DNA of 64,000 bases from Lama glama (Eukaryota). The notes under the pieces were generated by a model. The model did no database searches and was not told the DNA's origin. It saw nothing but the letters and a program-made list of their open reading frames with translations. Made by a program: the position numbers and the translations under genes. Where the stretch lies: positions 16,246,001-16,310,000 of the forward strand of contig CM052817.1 of the NCBI GenBank assembly GCA_028534125.1, written 5' to 3'. Positions 53,110-64,000 of this stretch are shown one piece after another; position 1 is the stretch's first letter, and every line of letters begins with the position of its first letter.

Positions 53110-53505
53110 GGTGTGTTCCCAGAAAGCCGCCTCCGGTTTTCACTGACCTCCCCTTCCTCAAATGCACTCTGACCTCACTCCTCCTTCACAGAGATAAGAT
53201 TAGTAAACAGTGAACTTTCTTAGAAGTTGTTCGGGACACCATTAATCCGACCTAATGTGTATGCAGTGGTCTTTTTCTGCTTCCTCCTTCCAGAAGACAA
53301 CCCTGGTAGCGGAATCGGACTTCCTTCCAGAAGCAGCACCTATCTTTGTAATTCTGTACACTCTCCCATTGCCTTGGCTCATGCAGGCTGAGCAAAGCTT
53401 CTTATCTAAGACTCTGAAAAGGATAACAGGACTGCTCAAGTATAAAAACTGCAAGTATTTTATTTATCTCTCTTTCTTTCTGCTTAGATTATCATTATCT
53501 TTGGT
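53110..53505. promoter_or_regulatory. Candidate enhancer/promoter: GATA, STAT, FOX, ETS and nuclear-receptor half-site cluster
   Basis: WGATAR at 53192, 53340, 53402, 53464, 53489, 53495; TTCCCAGAA 53116 and TTCTTAGAA 53217; GTAAACA near 53203; TGACCT 53144 and 53170. Confidence 0.4.
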
Positions 53506-53593
53506 CACTGAATTTTGTCTTTTGGGCTTCAAATGGGGAGTGAAGTCAACCAAAAGGTACTGCTTTAAACCCAATGGATTACTGCTCCACCAG

Positions 53594-53617
53594 CACACGC
53601 ATGCGCACACAGACACT

Positions 53618-53650
<33 letters not shown>

Positions 53651-53656
53651 CACACA
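53594..53656. repeat. Imperfect (CA)n microsatellite
   Basis: CA run with interruptions. Confidence 0.9.
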
Positions 53657-53779
53657 GAGGCACGCCTCCTTCTGGCCTGTCTCTGGCTTTACCCTCAGGT
53701 TAACTTCCTCATGAATAGTTTCAGATGATCCCATGACCTTCCTTGCACAATATTTATGCTGAAAAACAATGCAGGTCCC

Positions 53780-53958
53780 TTACACTGTATAGCACAGGGA
53801 AATATACACAAAATGTTATGATAAATCAAAGAGAAAAAAATGTGACAATGAGTGTGTGTATGTCCATGAATGACTGAAAAATTGTGCTAAACACTGGAAT
53901 TTGACACAACACTGTAAAATGATTATGAATCAATAAAAAATGTAAAAAAAAAAAAAAA
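53780..53958 (+). mobile_element. Young, severely 5'-truncated L1 3' end
   Basis: Same 3'UTR type as the L1 end at 55987-56150; poly(A); perfect 19-bp TSD gaaaaacaatgcaggtccc at 53761-53779 and 53959-53977. Confidence 0.95.
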
Positions 53959-54260
53959 GAAAAACAATGCAGGTCCCACAAGGGACTCAGTAACTATGAT
54001 TACACTGAAACTAAAAGGTAAGCCCAACAAATGAGCTGTCTACAACCAGGCGGGGTGTCTTCAGAATGGGGGGAAACTGCATAAAATAATTGCTAGCATG
54101 AAGTTCAAATCCAGCCATTCATTCTTTCCTATAACCACATATAAGGCATTGAAGAAGCCATGGAGATGAACTGAGAAGCAGTCCCTGCCCATCAAAGGTT
54201 TCCAATTACAACAGAGATGGGCACATGAACATCTATGATAAGATGAGAATAGCAAAAGCA

Positions 54261-54388
54261 GGGAGAGGGTATAGCTCAGGGATAGAGCGCATGCTTAGCA
54301 TGCATGAGGTCCTGGGTTCAAACCCCAGTACCTCCATTAAAATAAACAAACAAACAAACCTACTCCCTCCTTATCCCCCCCCAAAAAA
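54261..54388 (+). mobile_element. Camelid tRNA-Ala-derived SINE (vic-1 type, long tail)
   Basis: gggtatagctcagggatagagcgcatgcttagcatgcatgaggtcctgggttcaaaccccagtacctcca, then (AAAC)n and C-rich tail. Confidence 0.92.
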
Positions 54389-54574
54389 GTACTGAATCAA
54401 GTTTTAAGCAATGTCTTATGGGCACACACAATTAATTCTGACTATAGAAATCAGGGAAGGCTTCAAGGAGGAGAAAGCAAGGGAGTTCCATTATTAGTGA
54501 GTAAGGAAAAGAGCACCTACAATTAAGGAACAGCATGCACAAACACCCAGAGAAGTGAAGTAATCAGAACAGAT

Positions 54575-55072
54575 CGCGGCTGCCCACGTTTTTGTCATGT
54601 GAGTACTACATTCACAATTTTTGCCATAGCTACATACCATCTGTACCAGTGTTTGCTTAATATTCTTTTCTTAATTGGCTCCATTTTACTGAAATAAATT
54701 TATTTTTTAAAGGAAATCTTTCTGTCACTACTATAAATGGAAATCCAGTGTTGCTTGCCCCAAGCACAAGATAACTATATAAGTAAAGAAATGAAAACAA
54801 AACAATGAAATTCTAGCTAACTACTGCTAGAGCCCGCTCTCTTGATATCACAAAGAAACTAGGATGGACAGATTTTGAAGACTTCCCAGCATCAAGCACA
54901 GACTTTCTCCTCCAGGTTCTCTGAAGGGTTGAGAGAGAACTCTAAACGCTAAACTCTTTAAAAATTATAAATTCTGAAAAATGACTCATGGGTAACTCAA
55001 AGTTTTCAAGGCTATGTAGGATTACCACCTAAAGTCATTTTGAATCATTGTCCTACACTCTAGGAAACACTG
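54575..55072. mobile_element. hAT-Charlie-type DNA transposon fossil
   Basis: attcacaatttttgccat...taccatctgtac...aaataaatttatt interior; ends ctaggaaacactg. Confidence 0.6.
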
Positions 55073-55447
55073 AAATAGATCAAAGACCCTCAGGAGTCGG
55101 CTAAGATGAGGATATAATGAGAGATACAGCAGGAAGCAGATTTAAGACTCGGGGGGACTCTGAAGGGTTGTCTCTGGCCTTCATGTGAGGTGCTGGGAAA
55201 TCATTACAAGTAGGTAGTTCGTTAAGAAGAAAACTCTGATTGTGGTACAAAAGCCAATTGGATGGAGAAGAGATGAAAAACTGAGCTGTCAGCTCATTTG
55301 AGAGAAGCCAAGGGTCTTAAGCAGAATCACAGGTGAAAGGATAGAAAAGAGATAATGTTGTTCCCTGTGGTACTCAACCCCAGGACACCCCGTGGTTACC
55401 TATGTCTCTCCATACTGCCCTACTCTGTATATGAACTAAGTCATTAC

Positions 55448-55625
55448 TGCATTTCATCAAATCCAAGATACTGTCAATTGTGAGATGCACCATTATTTTA
55501 TGTGCCACTAAGGAAGAAAAATGCTGCCAATTAAATGATGATACACCCTCACTTGTAAGAAGCATCCAATTTCAGAGATGTTAAAATGTGGGGGAAATGC
55601 TTGTTTGGGAATCAATGAGACACGT
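55448..55625 (-). mobile_element. MER104-like TcMar-Tc2 element
   Basis: TA-flanked ctgcatttcatcaaatccaagat...atttcagagatgttaaaatgtg...gaatcaatgagacacg. Confidence 0.75.
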
Positions 55626-55759
55626 TATTAATCACTATTGCTTAAAAGCAAATAACTCAGAGCTTGGAAGTTAATTGGTTTTCAGAAAACAATGAAAAAA
55701 GCTTATCTGGTCCAATGTCCTACGTGATGTAACTAGAACAGTAAATTGTCATCCTTTTG

Positions 55760-55900
55760 AGACAAGGCAATACAGAACAGTGATTCAGAGCAGAGCCGGG
55801 AAGACCCTGGGTTCAAGTCCTGCTTCTGTCACTTACTAGAAGTGGCACATTAAATAAGTAACAAACTCTGAAAGCTTCCATTGGTTCACCTGTCAAATAC
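55760..55900 (+). mobile_element. MIR
   Basis: ctgggttcaagtcctgcttctgtcacttactag. Confidence 0.7.
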
Positions 55901-55986
55901 TCTTTGTATTTTCAATATTTAAACATGTACTCCCAGTGGAAAACTTAAAATAAGAACCCTGCCCAGATTTGTCAGAAATGATTTTT

Positions 55987-57786
55987 TTAACATTTTTTAT
56001 TGATTTATAATCATTTTACAATGTTGTGTCAAATTCCAGTGTTCAGCACAATTTTTCAGTTATACATGAACATATGTATATTCATTGTCACATTTTTTTT
56101 CTCTGTGAGCTACCATAAGATCTTGTATATATTCCCCTGTGCTATACAGTATAATCTTGTTTATCTATTCTACAATTTTGAAATCCCAGTCTATCCCTTC
56201 CCACCCTCCACCCCCTTGGCAACCACAAGTTTGTATTCTATGTCTACGAGTCTATTTCTGTTTTGTATTTATGCTTTGTTTGTTTGTTTGTTTGTTTGTT
56301 TTTAGATTCCACATATGAGCGATCTCATATGGTATTTTTCTTTCTCTTTCTGGGAATGACATTCTCCAGGACCATCCATGTTGCTGCAAATGGCATTATG
56401 TTGTCTGTTTTTGTGGCTGAATAGTATTCCATTGTATAAATATACCACTACTTCTTTATCCAGTTATCTGTTGATGGACATTTAGGCTGTTTCTATGTCT
56501 TGGCTATTGTAAATAGTGCTGCTATGAGCATTGGGGTGCAGATGTCTTTTTGAAGTAGGGTTCCTTCTGAATATATGCCCAGGAGTGGGATTCCTGGGTC
56601 ATATGGTAAGTCTATTCCTAGTCTTTTGAGGAATCTCCACACTGTTTTCCATAGTGGCTGCACCAAACTGCATTCCCACCAGCAGTGTAGGAGGGTTCCC
56701 CTTTCTCCACAGCCTCTCCAGCATTTGTCATTTGTGGACTTTTGAATGATGGCCATTNNNNNNNNNNNNNNNNNNNNNNNNNNNNNNNNNNNNNNNNNNN
56801 NNNNNNNNNNNNNNNNNNNNNNNNNNNNNNNNNNNNNNNNNNNNNNNNNNNNNNNNNNNNNNNNNNNNNNNNNNNNNNNNNNNNNNNNNNNNNNNNNNNN
56901 NNNNNNNNNNNNNNNNNNNNNNNNNNNNNNNNNNNNNNNNNNNNNNNNNNNNNNNNNNNNNNNNNNNNNNNNNNNNNNNNNNNNNNNNNNNNNNNNNNNN
57001 NNNNNNNNNNNNNNNNNNNNNNNNNNNNNNNNNNNNNNNNNNNNNNNNNNNNNNNNNNNNNNNNNNNNNNNNNNNNNNNNNNNNNNNNNNNNNNNNNNNN
57101 NNNNNNNNNNNNNNNNNNNNNNNNNNNNNNNNNNNNNNNNNNNNNNNNNNNNNNNNNNNNNNNNNNNNNNNNNNNNNNNNNNNNNNNNNNNNNNNNNNNN
57201 NNNNNNNNNNNNNNNNNNNNNNNNNNNNNNNNNNNNNNNNNNNNNNNNNNNNNNNNNACCAATACCATGCTGTCTTGATGACTGTAGCTCTATAGTACTG
57301 TCTGAAGTCTGGGAGAGTTATTCCTCCAGCCTCTTTCTTTCTCTTCAGCAATGCCTTGACAATTCTAGGTCTCTGATGGTTCCATATAAATTTTATTATG
57401 ATTTGTTCTAGTTCTGTGAAATATGTCCTGGGTAATTGGATAGGGATTGCATTAAATCTGTAGATTGCCTTGGGCAGTGTGACCATTTTAACAATATTGA
57501 TTCTTCCAATCCAAGAGCATGGGATATCTTTCCCTTTTTTTTAAGTCTTCTTTAATTTCCTTCATCAATGGTTTATAGTTTTCTATGTATAATTCTTTCA
57601 CCTCCTTGGTTAGACTTATTTCTAGATATTTTATTACTTTGGGTGCTATTTTAAAGGGGATTGTTTCTTTACTTTCTTTTTCTGTTGATTCATTGTTAGT
57701 ATAAAGAAATGCAACTGATTTTTGAACGTTAATCTTATAACCCGCTACCTTGCTGAATTCTTTGATCAGCTCTAGTAGTTTTTGTG
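55987..57786 (-). mobile_element. Young 5'-truncated L1 spanning an assembly gap
   Basis: ORF2 peptides [37 protein letters not shown] and [21 protein letters not shown] agaa(a/c)tgattttt at 55974-55986 and 57787-57799. Confidence 0.97.
56758..57257. other. Assembly gap (500 N)
   Basis: Exactly 500 N. Confidence 1.
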
Positions 57787-58189
57787 AGAACTGATTTTTA
57801 ATGAAAGCTAATTATCATTGTAACTAATATTATCAGTGTAATATAGTTAGTGAAATTTGTTTCCTCTTTTACTTATTTAGACCCAAAAAACCACAGTGCC
57901 GACTGGTTTTAGATCACCAATGCATGTTTTATTGATGCTCACTTAAATAGGGTAGTATTTACGAGGACTGGTCAGTTACAAACAGCACTGGGCCCCACAG
58001 AGGTGGGTTCCTTTGAGTTGATCAATTAACAACCCCAGATTCCAGGTCCTTGTAATTTTCTGTTCCAATGCTCCTCCTGGACACTAACAAGTCTGTCAAT
58101 GCACATCATCCTGAAGAGACAATGGGGAATGACCCACCCCAGGGCAACTCCTGGGAAGAGCAAGCTGTTCTGTTGTCAGCTCCTTAGTT

Positions 58190-58400
58190 TGTGCATCACT
58201 TTACTAGGTGCTTTCAAACTGCAACACAATCTGAGTCTCATACCATGCCTGGGCTTTCACTAGGACAGGCATCATTGTTGCAATTCATGGAAGAGGAAAT
58301 TGAGAGGTCACCATGGGACTTCCCCAAGGTCACACCGTGTTAAGCCATGAGGATCGAAGCCCAAATCTGGCTCCAAAGGTGCTGCTCCTTCCACTCACTT
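58190..58400 (-). mobile_element. MIR (diverged)
   Basis: gaagaggaaattgagagg...acttccccaaggtcacac. Confidence 0.6.
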
Positions 58401-58682
58401 CATCACATCATAAAAACATTTTTTTTTTTTAAGTGACAACACCATTTTGCTCTTCCTCTATATTCTATGTTCTCATTTTTGGTTTGGGACTTGTTCTTCA
58501 CCAGTCCTCCAAGCTCTCACGTTAGCCCTACATCTCCTGCTGACCTCTTCTCAGTGTTTCTGAGATGAAACAAGTCTCTGGGAGCCTCAAGGTTTCATTG
58601 TCCCCTCAATTCCTGGGGCTGAGCTGGGCAGGCCCCAGACCTTGGTCACCAGGGTGCAGGAGAGTGCTGTTCTCAGGTACAG

Positions 58683-58696
58683 CCACAAGGGGGCAG
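58683..58696 (+). promoter_or_regulatory. CTCF-like motif
   Basis: CCACAAGGGGGCAG, close to the CCASYAGRKGGCRS core. Confidence 0.35.
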
Positions 58697-59109
58697 GGTG
58701 ACCTAATACGCAGCCACGCTTGGAATTCCTGGGAGATCCGGCAAGGCTGACTTCTCCAGGAGTGTGCATTCCAAAGCCTTAGGGCAGGTGCAGGACGATG
58801 GTGAAGGCTCAGAGGCAGGTAGGCACGGAGAATGTGGTAGCTTACATGAAAGTTCTAGACATGGGCTCTAGATTTGCTTCCACAGCTAACAAGCTGGAGA
58901 ACGTTAGGCAAGTTGCTTCCCCTGTTAGGTGTGGGGTTTGATCTAGTAATCGCTAAGGCCAGATCCCTCTTTAAGAGTTGTTGACTCACGACCTTTATAG
59001 TCTAGTGCTAAAGAACTCTGATAGCATTCTTACTATGTGTTGAGTGCCTGTGCAGGTTAAGAGAGACAGTGTTTACAAAATGCTCGCAACAGAGATGGCT
59101 GTCTGTAGC

Positions 59110-59123
59110 GCGCCCTCTAATGG
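59110..59123 (-). promoter_or_regulatory. CTCF-like motif
   Basis: Minus strand CCATTAGAGGGCGC with retained CpGs. Confidence 0.4.
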
Positions 59124-59904
59124 ATAGGAGGTGTCATTACAGCCTTCTCTACCCTGAAACGCCAAGAGAATATGTATCTTAGTTTAAGTCTGGTATTTTT
59201 AACTCTGAGTCCTGACAAAGCAGGATTCAGGAAGCCCTGGCAATCGCTTTAGAGGTCAACGAGCATGGCATTGATCCCCACAGCTCGTGCTTGGAACTCT
59301 CTCCATGTCGTTTCTGGTTCTTCTGGTTCCTTCATAGAAAGATACTCTAATTTCTGCAATGAAAACACTACAGAAGAATGATACTAACTCAAACATGGAA
59401 CTTGTGCAAATCACAGTCCCCTATAGTAAAAAGAGAGCTCTTCCCTCTCCACCACAGTTACAAAATGGTACTCTCAAATATCCTCTATTCCAGGACTTCA
59501 GAAACATTAATTCTGCTTCATAATTAACATGATAAAGGGTCAATAACCTTAACATAAATGATTAATAAACAGTTAAGAAAAACAAGCCAAATCACACCAT
59601 GTACTAGGGACGTGAAGAAAAAGTTCAGAGAAAATGAAATATAAATGGCTAATAAACAATAGAATAAAATGTCAATCCACACTAGTAATCAAAGAAGAGT
59701 AAATTAAAACATGACATAATCTCAACTGACTGCCAATATTACAAAGTCCATTATACCCGGTGCTGATGAGGGTGACTTAAGACAGGCATTTCAGTACACT
59801 GTAATTGGTACAATCATTCTGAAAACAATATAGCAGAAAATATCATTTTGGACTCTTATATGGACTCATATATACAAAACATCAGGAAATTCTTAATGCA
59901 CAAT

Positions 59905-60346
59905 AGTCCTCTGATATCGATTCTTCTCTTCCTCTTTAAGAATGGGATTCCCAGGTCTATAGCTGGCACATGTCTATTTGTAATAAAGATTATAGTTCTT
60001 AGCCTCCCTTGCAGCTAGGTATAGTCCTGTAAATATATTCTAGCCTAAGAAATGTAAATGGGAATGACTGATACAAATTCTAGGTAGTACATTTAAAGAC
60101 ATACTCTCTTCCCCTCTTTCTCCTTCTCTCTTACTGGCTGGAATGCAGCTGGATAGCTGGAACTCCAGCAGCCATTTTAGATATTGAGGTGGTTTGAGAA
60201 TGGAAGTCATATGTGGTAGGGTAACAAAACAGGAAAAGCTGGATCAACTACTTCCAAATTTCTTAAATTCAGAAGACAAACTTCTATTTTGTTTAAGCCA
60301 TTATTATTTGGAGTTTTATTGCAGCCAATCCTAATTCCAAATAATA
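59905..60346 (+). mobile_element. MLT1 (I/J-type) MaLR LTR
   Basis: agcctcccttgcagctagg...gctggaactccagcagccatttt...aaacttctattttgtttaagccatta. Confidence 0.8.
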
Positions 60347-60456
60347 TATGTATTAATACTGAGCATACTGCAAAATATTGGATTGAAAAAAGAAAGATGC
60401 AGAATAGTGTGTAACATACTACCATTGTAACAAAAAGGAAAACAAAAACATTATTC

Positions 60457-60630
60457 TGTGGAAGCTAGCTCCCTAAGAACCATGCCTCCATTATCCATAC
60501 CCTTATATAGACTCACCCCACATTGAATCTGAACTTGCCATATGACTGACTTAAACAAGTAGAATGTGGAGAAAGTGACACTGTGCCAATTTCTAGCCTA
60601 AGCATTAAGAAGGCCTGGCAGCTTCTGCCA
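60457..60630 (+). mobile_element. MLT1 (F/G/H-type) LTR 5' fragment
   Basis: ccacattgaatctg...agtagaatgtggagaaagtgacactgtgcc...aagaaggcctggcagcttctgc. Confidence 0.7.
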
Positions 60631-61029
60631 AGATGTTCTTTGCAAATAAATAAATAAATAAATCCAATTATAGGGGGACATTTACTTTATGGAATTTCTT
60701 TATTCACATATATTATACAGCATGATTGGAAAATGCATATTATATAGAAAGAAAATGATAGCATCAAATTATACTCATATGGAATATGATGTCTACTTTG
60801 CAAAAATGCACAGGAAAAAGGACTTGAATGAATTACATAAACAGTATTAATACTGCTTGTCCCTTGTGATAGAATGATGGCTAATTTATGGGGGCTCTTG
60901 TGTTCTTTCCAAATTTCTTACAAAAAGCATGCTTTACTTTTAATTTCAATAATTCTGTTTTTATTTCTAGATGTTCTCCTTGGGTCTTTTTGAATCTTTC
61001 TAGGCTTTTCAATAAACATTTGGGACATG

Positions 61030-61371
61030 CAGTAGCCCGTCCTTATCTGCAGTTTCACTCTCTATGGTGTTAGTTTCCAGCTGTCAAACATGGTTCAAAA
61101 AAATTAAGTGGAAAACTTCAGAAATCAACAATTCATAAGTTTTAAAACTACATGCCTTTCTGAGTAACAAGATGGAATCTTGCACCATCCAGCCCCATCC
61201 TGCTCAGAACGTGAATCATCCCTTTGTCCAGCATATCTGCACTGTATATGATACCCGCTCATCAGTGTCAGAAAAAAAACATAGTATGTTTAGGGTTCAG
61301 TACTATCTGCAGCTGCAGGCATTCACTGGGGGTCTTGGAATGTATCCACCATGGATGAGGGGGGACAATTG
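61030..61371 (+). mobile_element. MER44-like TcMar-Tigger element
   Basis: TIRs cagtagcccgtccttatctg / ggatgaggggggacaattg; interior aacgtgaatcatccctttgtccagc. Confidence 0.85.
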
Positions 61372-61873
61372 TATATTATTTGGGATTAGTCAATTCTTCT
61401 GCTCATGTTTTCAGTTCTATTATTTCACTGAACATTTTTCTCTTATTTTATGAAGTATTACCATAACTTCAATGCTTGAAGTACTTAAGAATCTCATTCT
61501 GCTATCTGTTGTTTCCCTTGACTCTTACATACATAACAACTAAATTATTCATGTGTTTGTGATTCCGGATTGTGAGATCACATGAGACTAATCTGAAACT
61601 ATGGAGATGCTGTAAGGTCTAGGATAAAGGTGCATTTTTCCAGCAAGCATTTGCATCCATATCTTCCAGGCACTCTGAGCACCACCAATCCAGGACCTCT
61701 AAAGTTAAGATCTCATCCAGATTGCTCAGGGAGTATAAATTCAACCCCAACACCAAAGGAGGGCAGGGCTGTTGTTAAAATTTGGGGAAGAAGACATTTT
61801 TCCCCTATTGAGAGCTAAGTCTAACATATCTCTCTTAGACAAAAGGAAGGGAGTTTTCCCTAATTCACTTTTT

Positions 61874-62015
61874 TTAATTTTTAGTGCTTTTTTTTTTGCA
61901 GGGGGAAGGGATATTTAGATTTATCTATTGTTTATTTAACAGAGGAACTGGAGATTGAACCCAGGACCTCGTTCATGCTAGGCATGCACTCTACCACCAA
62001 GCTACACCCTCCCTC
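61874..62015 (-). mobile_element. Camelid tRNA-Ala-derived SINE (vic-1 type, long tail)
   Basis: gattgaacccaggacctc...catgctaggcatgcactctacc...ccctccc; TSD ctaa(t/c)tcacttttt at 61860-61873 and 62017-62030. Confidence 0.9.
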
Positions 62016-63527
62016 ACTAACTCACTTTTTCATGGAAGGTGTAGTCCTTTGAGTGCCCCAGCTTTACAGTAGGGTCTCAGTTGCAACTTCCCAAATTGCA
62101 CAGGCCCAAAGACCAGTTTCTGGTCCCCAGCACAGTAGTCAAAGAATCTAATTTTCTGCCCTTAGCAAACACCCTCAGGGCAAAGTCTCAGCTTATCCAT
62201 CACACCCACTTCCCATGATACCCTGGAAACTGTTACCCCTTTTTTGCAGGTATCATTTTAAAATGTTAGTTAGACTTTACCCAGCATTCTTAGGTTATCT
62301 GAGCAGGAAGATTTATTAGAGTATCTGGTCTACCCATCATATGGCTAGAAGTGGAAACTTGGAATGATATTTCTTTTACAATAAAAAAAATTAAGTACAA
62401 AAGAACCTATCCTTATAAAATGGGGAGAGTCTCACCTATTGACTTTCCTGAAAACTTCCCTGACAGGGGAAGTTCATAAAAAATTTTTGGCATTGACAGG
62501 CAACTCCAAGAAAAATCCCTGCACCCCAGTGAGACTGAAACTAACTCTTAATTCACTACCAGAGTGAAAGGACATTATATATAAGTCAAGAACTTCCACA
62601 GGTGACCGAAGAAAGCAGGGTGTAGGAGAATATCAAGGTGCCAGGACATAGTAGGTGCTCATTAAATAACTATATTAACCAAATAAAAAATTCATGCCCA
62701 CTAGGCAATATTTTGGAAGTGGGCACTAGCAGAGTTTCAATAATCTGACATTTTTCATATCCTATTAGTCTAAGCATAGACACGTTTATACAAAAGGAGT
62801 ATCTTCAAATATTCTATGGAGCAATCCTTAAATATTCAAAAAGCTAAGATCCATCTTCCCCTTTCCCTCGGTTGTAACTATTGCTAAGCAATGATATTTC
62901 CACAACATTTGGCTTAATTTGTAGGTGGCTAATTTACAGAAATCTTCATTTTATGTTCTAATGTGAGAATTAAATGAGATGATTGATTCAGGCAAAGCAC
63001 ATCAGACTTAGCACATAGTAAGAGCTAACATGTTACGACGACGGTGGGGAGGATGATGAGAATGATGATGATGATGATGATAAATGATCTTTAAAAGCAT
63101 CTATGTAAAGTGTGAGGTAGATATGCCAAGTGACTGAACACTAAAATCAATGCAGAACAAGTGGAGCATTCTTTGTTTTGGACTTAAAACTTCAGACAGA
63201 GGGACATGGGTCAAGGCTGTTTACCTATATCTAGAGCATCTGAAAAGGCATCAGGTCTAAGCAGGAACTTAATAAATATTCCATATTTACAATAAACGTT
63301 AGTATTGCCACGAGGGTATCACAGTCTCATGAGGGCAACTCATAAGCCTAAGGTTTCAAATTTCTAGCATGAGGCCAAGATGGACATGTGTACCCATGAG
63401 TCTGAGATCTCTGAAGATCTCCCCACAACCAGTGCTCTCAGGCCCTGCTGCTTACCGCTGCAGAAAGAGAGATCCACACTCATCTTCAGAGCTGAGAATG
63501 AAGGTTATTATTTGCTCTGCACTTTCT

Positions 63528-63865
63528 GTTACCAGGGGCTGGGGAGGGGGCAATGGGGAGTTACTAATCACCAGGCATAAAGTTTCAGTCAAGCAAGATG
63601 ACTAAGCTCTAGAGATCTCCTCTCTAGCATTGGACCCACAGTCAAGCATAACATATTACACACTTAAAAGTTTGTTAAGTGGGGAGGGTATAGCTCAGTG
63701 GTAGAAAGCACGCTTAGCATGCACAAGGTCCTGCATCCAATTCCCAGTACCTCCATTAAAAAAATAATAATAATAATAAAGACAACTTAAAAAAAAAAGT
63801 TTGTTAAGTGGGTAGATCCTAAATGAAGTGTTCTTACTATAAAGTAGCAAATAAACAATTAAAAA
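63528..63865 (+). mobile_element. L1MA/L1MB-type 3'UTR interrupted by a SINE
   Basis: gttaccaggggctgggg...cataaagtttcagt...gctctagagatct...gtagatcctaaatgaagtgttcttac. Confidence 0.85.
63681..63794 (+). mobile_element. Camelid tRNA-Ala-derived SINE (vic-1 type)
   Basis: tRNA-Ala head plus (AAT)n/A tail; TSD aaaagtttgttaagt(ggg) at 63666 and 63795. Confidence 0.93.
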
Positions 63866-64000
63866 CTTAATATCTTTTTTATGGCTAAAATAAATATAAA
63901 AATTCAAGCAATTAAAACATTAGGAAAAAAATTTTAATATATATCTGGAATTGGAAAGGGTGACGGATTTCCAAGCTTAAGTGATAGGAAGAAATTCTAA

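Larger units (their letters stand above)
54110..55350 (-). mobile_element. L2 remnant interrupted by a SINE and a Charlie-type element
   Basis: ccattcattctt...cagtccctgccc...aatcagggaaggcttc...aacagcatgcacaaa; resumes near 55075. Confidence 0.6.
59560..60950 (+). mobile_element. Old L1 (L1M) fragments interrupted by two MLT1 LTRs
   Basis: gaaatataaatggctaataaaca...actagtaatcaaag...gtgctgatgagg; later gaaaaaagaaagatgcagaatagtgtgta. Confidence 0.6.
60950..62358 (-). mobile_element. Old L1M 5'-region remnant interrupted by MER44 and a SINE
   Basis: tttttatttctagatgttct...ccctcagggcaaag...ccagcattcttaggtt...ctagaagtggaa. Confidence 0.5.

Noticed and set aside
52673..62474. 16-mer cctgacaggggaagtt at 52673 and 62459 (the second within an 8-bp hairpin)
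   Set aside because: One such match is of the order expected by chance in a window this size
1..64000. CRISPR arrays, operons, ERV internal genes, rRNA, known miRNA or processed pseudogenes
   Set aside because: No repeat-spacer arrays or recognisable sequences of these classes were seen

Overview
Mammalian nuclear DNA, very probably from a camelid (alpaca, llama or camel): it carries nine or ten copies of a tRNA-Ala(AGC)-derived SINE matching the camelid vic-1 type. It looks like a large intron or intergenic interval with two 500-N assembly gaps. I could not identify any protein-coding gene. The supplied ORFs trace to L1 ORF2 remnants, simple repeats, N-runs or chance, and only a few weak minus-strand exon candidates remain (645-691, 20686-20872, 22577-22638). 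The window is dominated by interspersed repeats: young and old L1s (several with readable TSDs), L2, MIR, L3/CR1, MaLR/ERVL/ERV1 solo LTRs and hAT/TcMar DNA transposon fossils, many of them nested. The best structural observation is an apparent ~300 bp L1-mediated 3' transduction (39884-42515). Also notable are a GATA/STAT motif cluster (~53.1-53.5 kb), a convergent CTCF-like motif pair (~58.7/59.1 kb), a CpG-rich patch (~28.0-28.2 kb) and a telomere-like hexamer array inside an old L1. I found no convincing evidence of a novel biological system. Repeat subfamily names come from recalled consensus sequences, and boundaries of old repeats are approximate.
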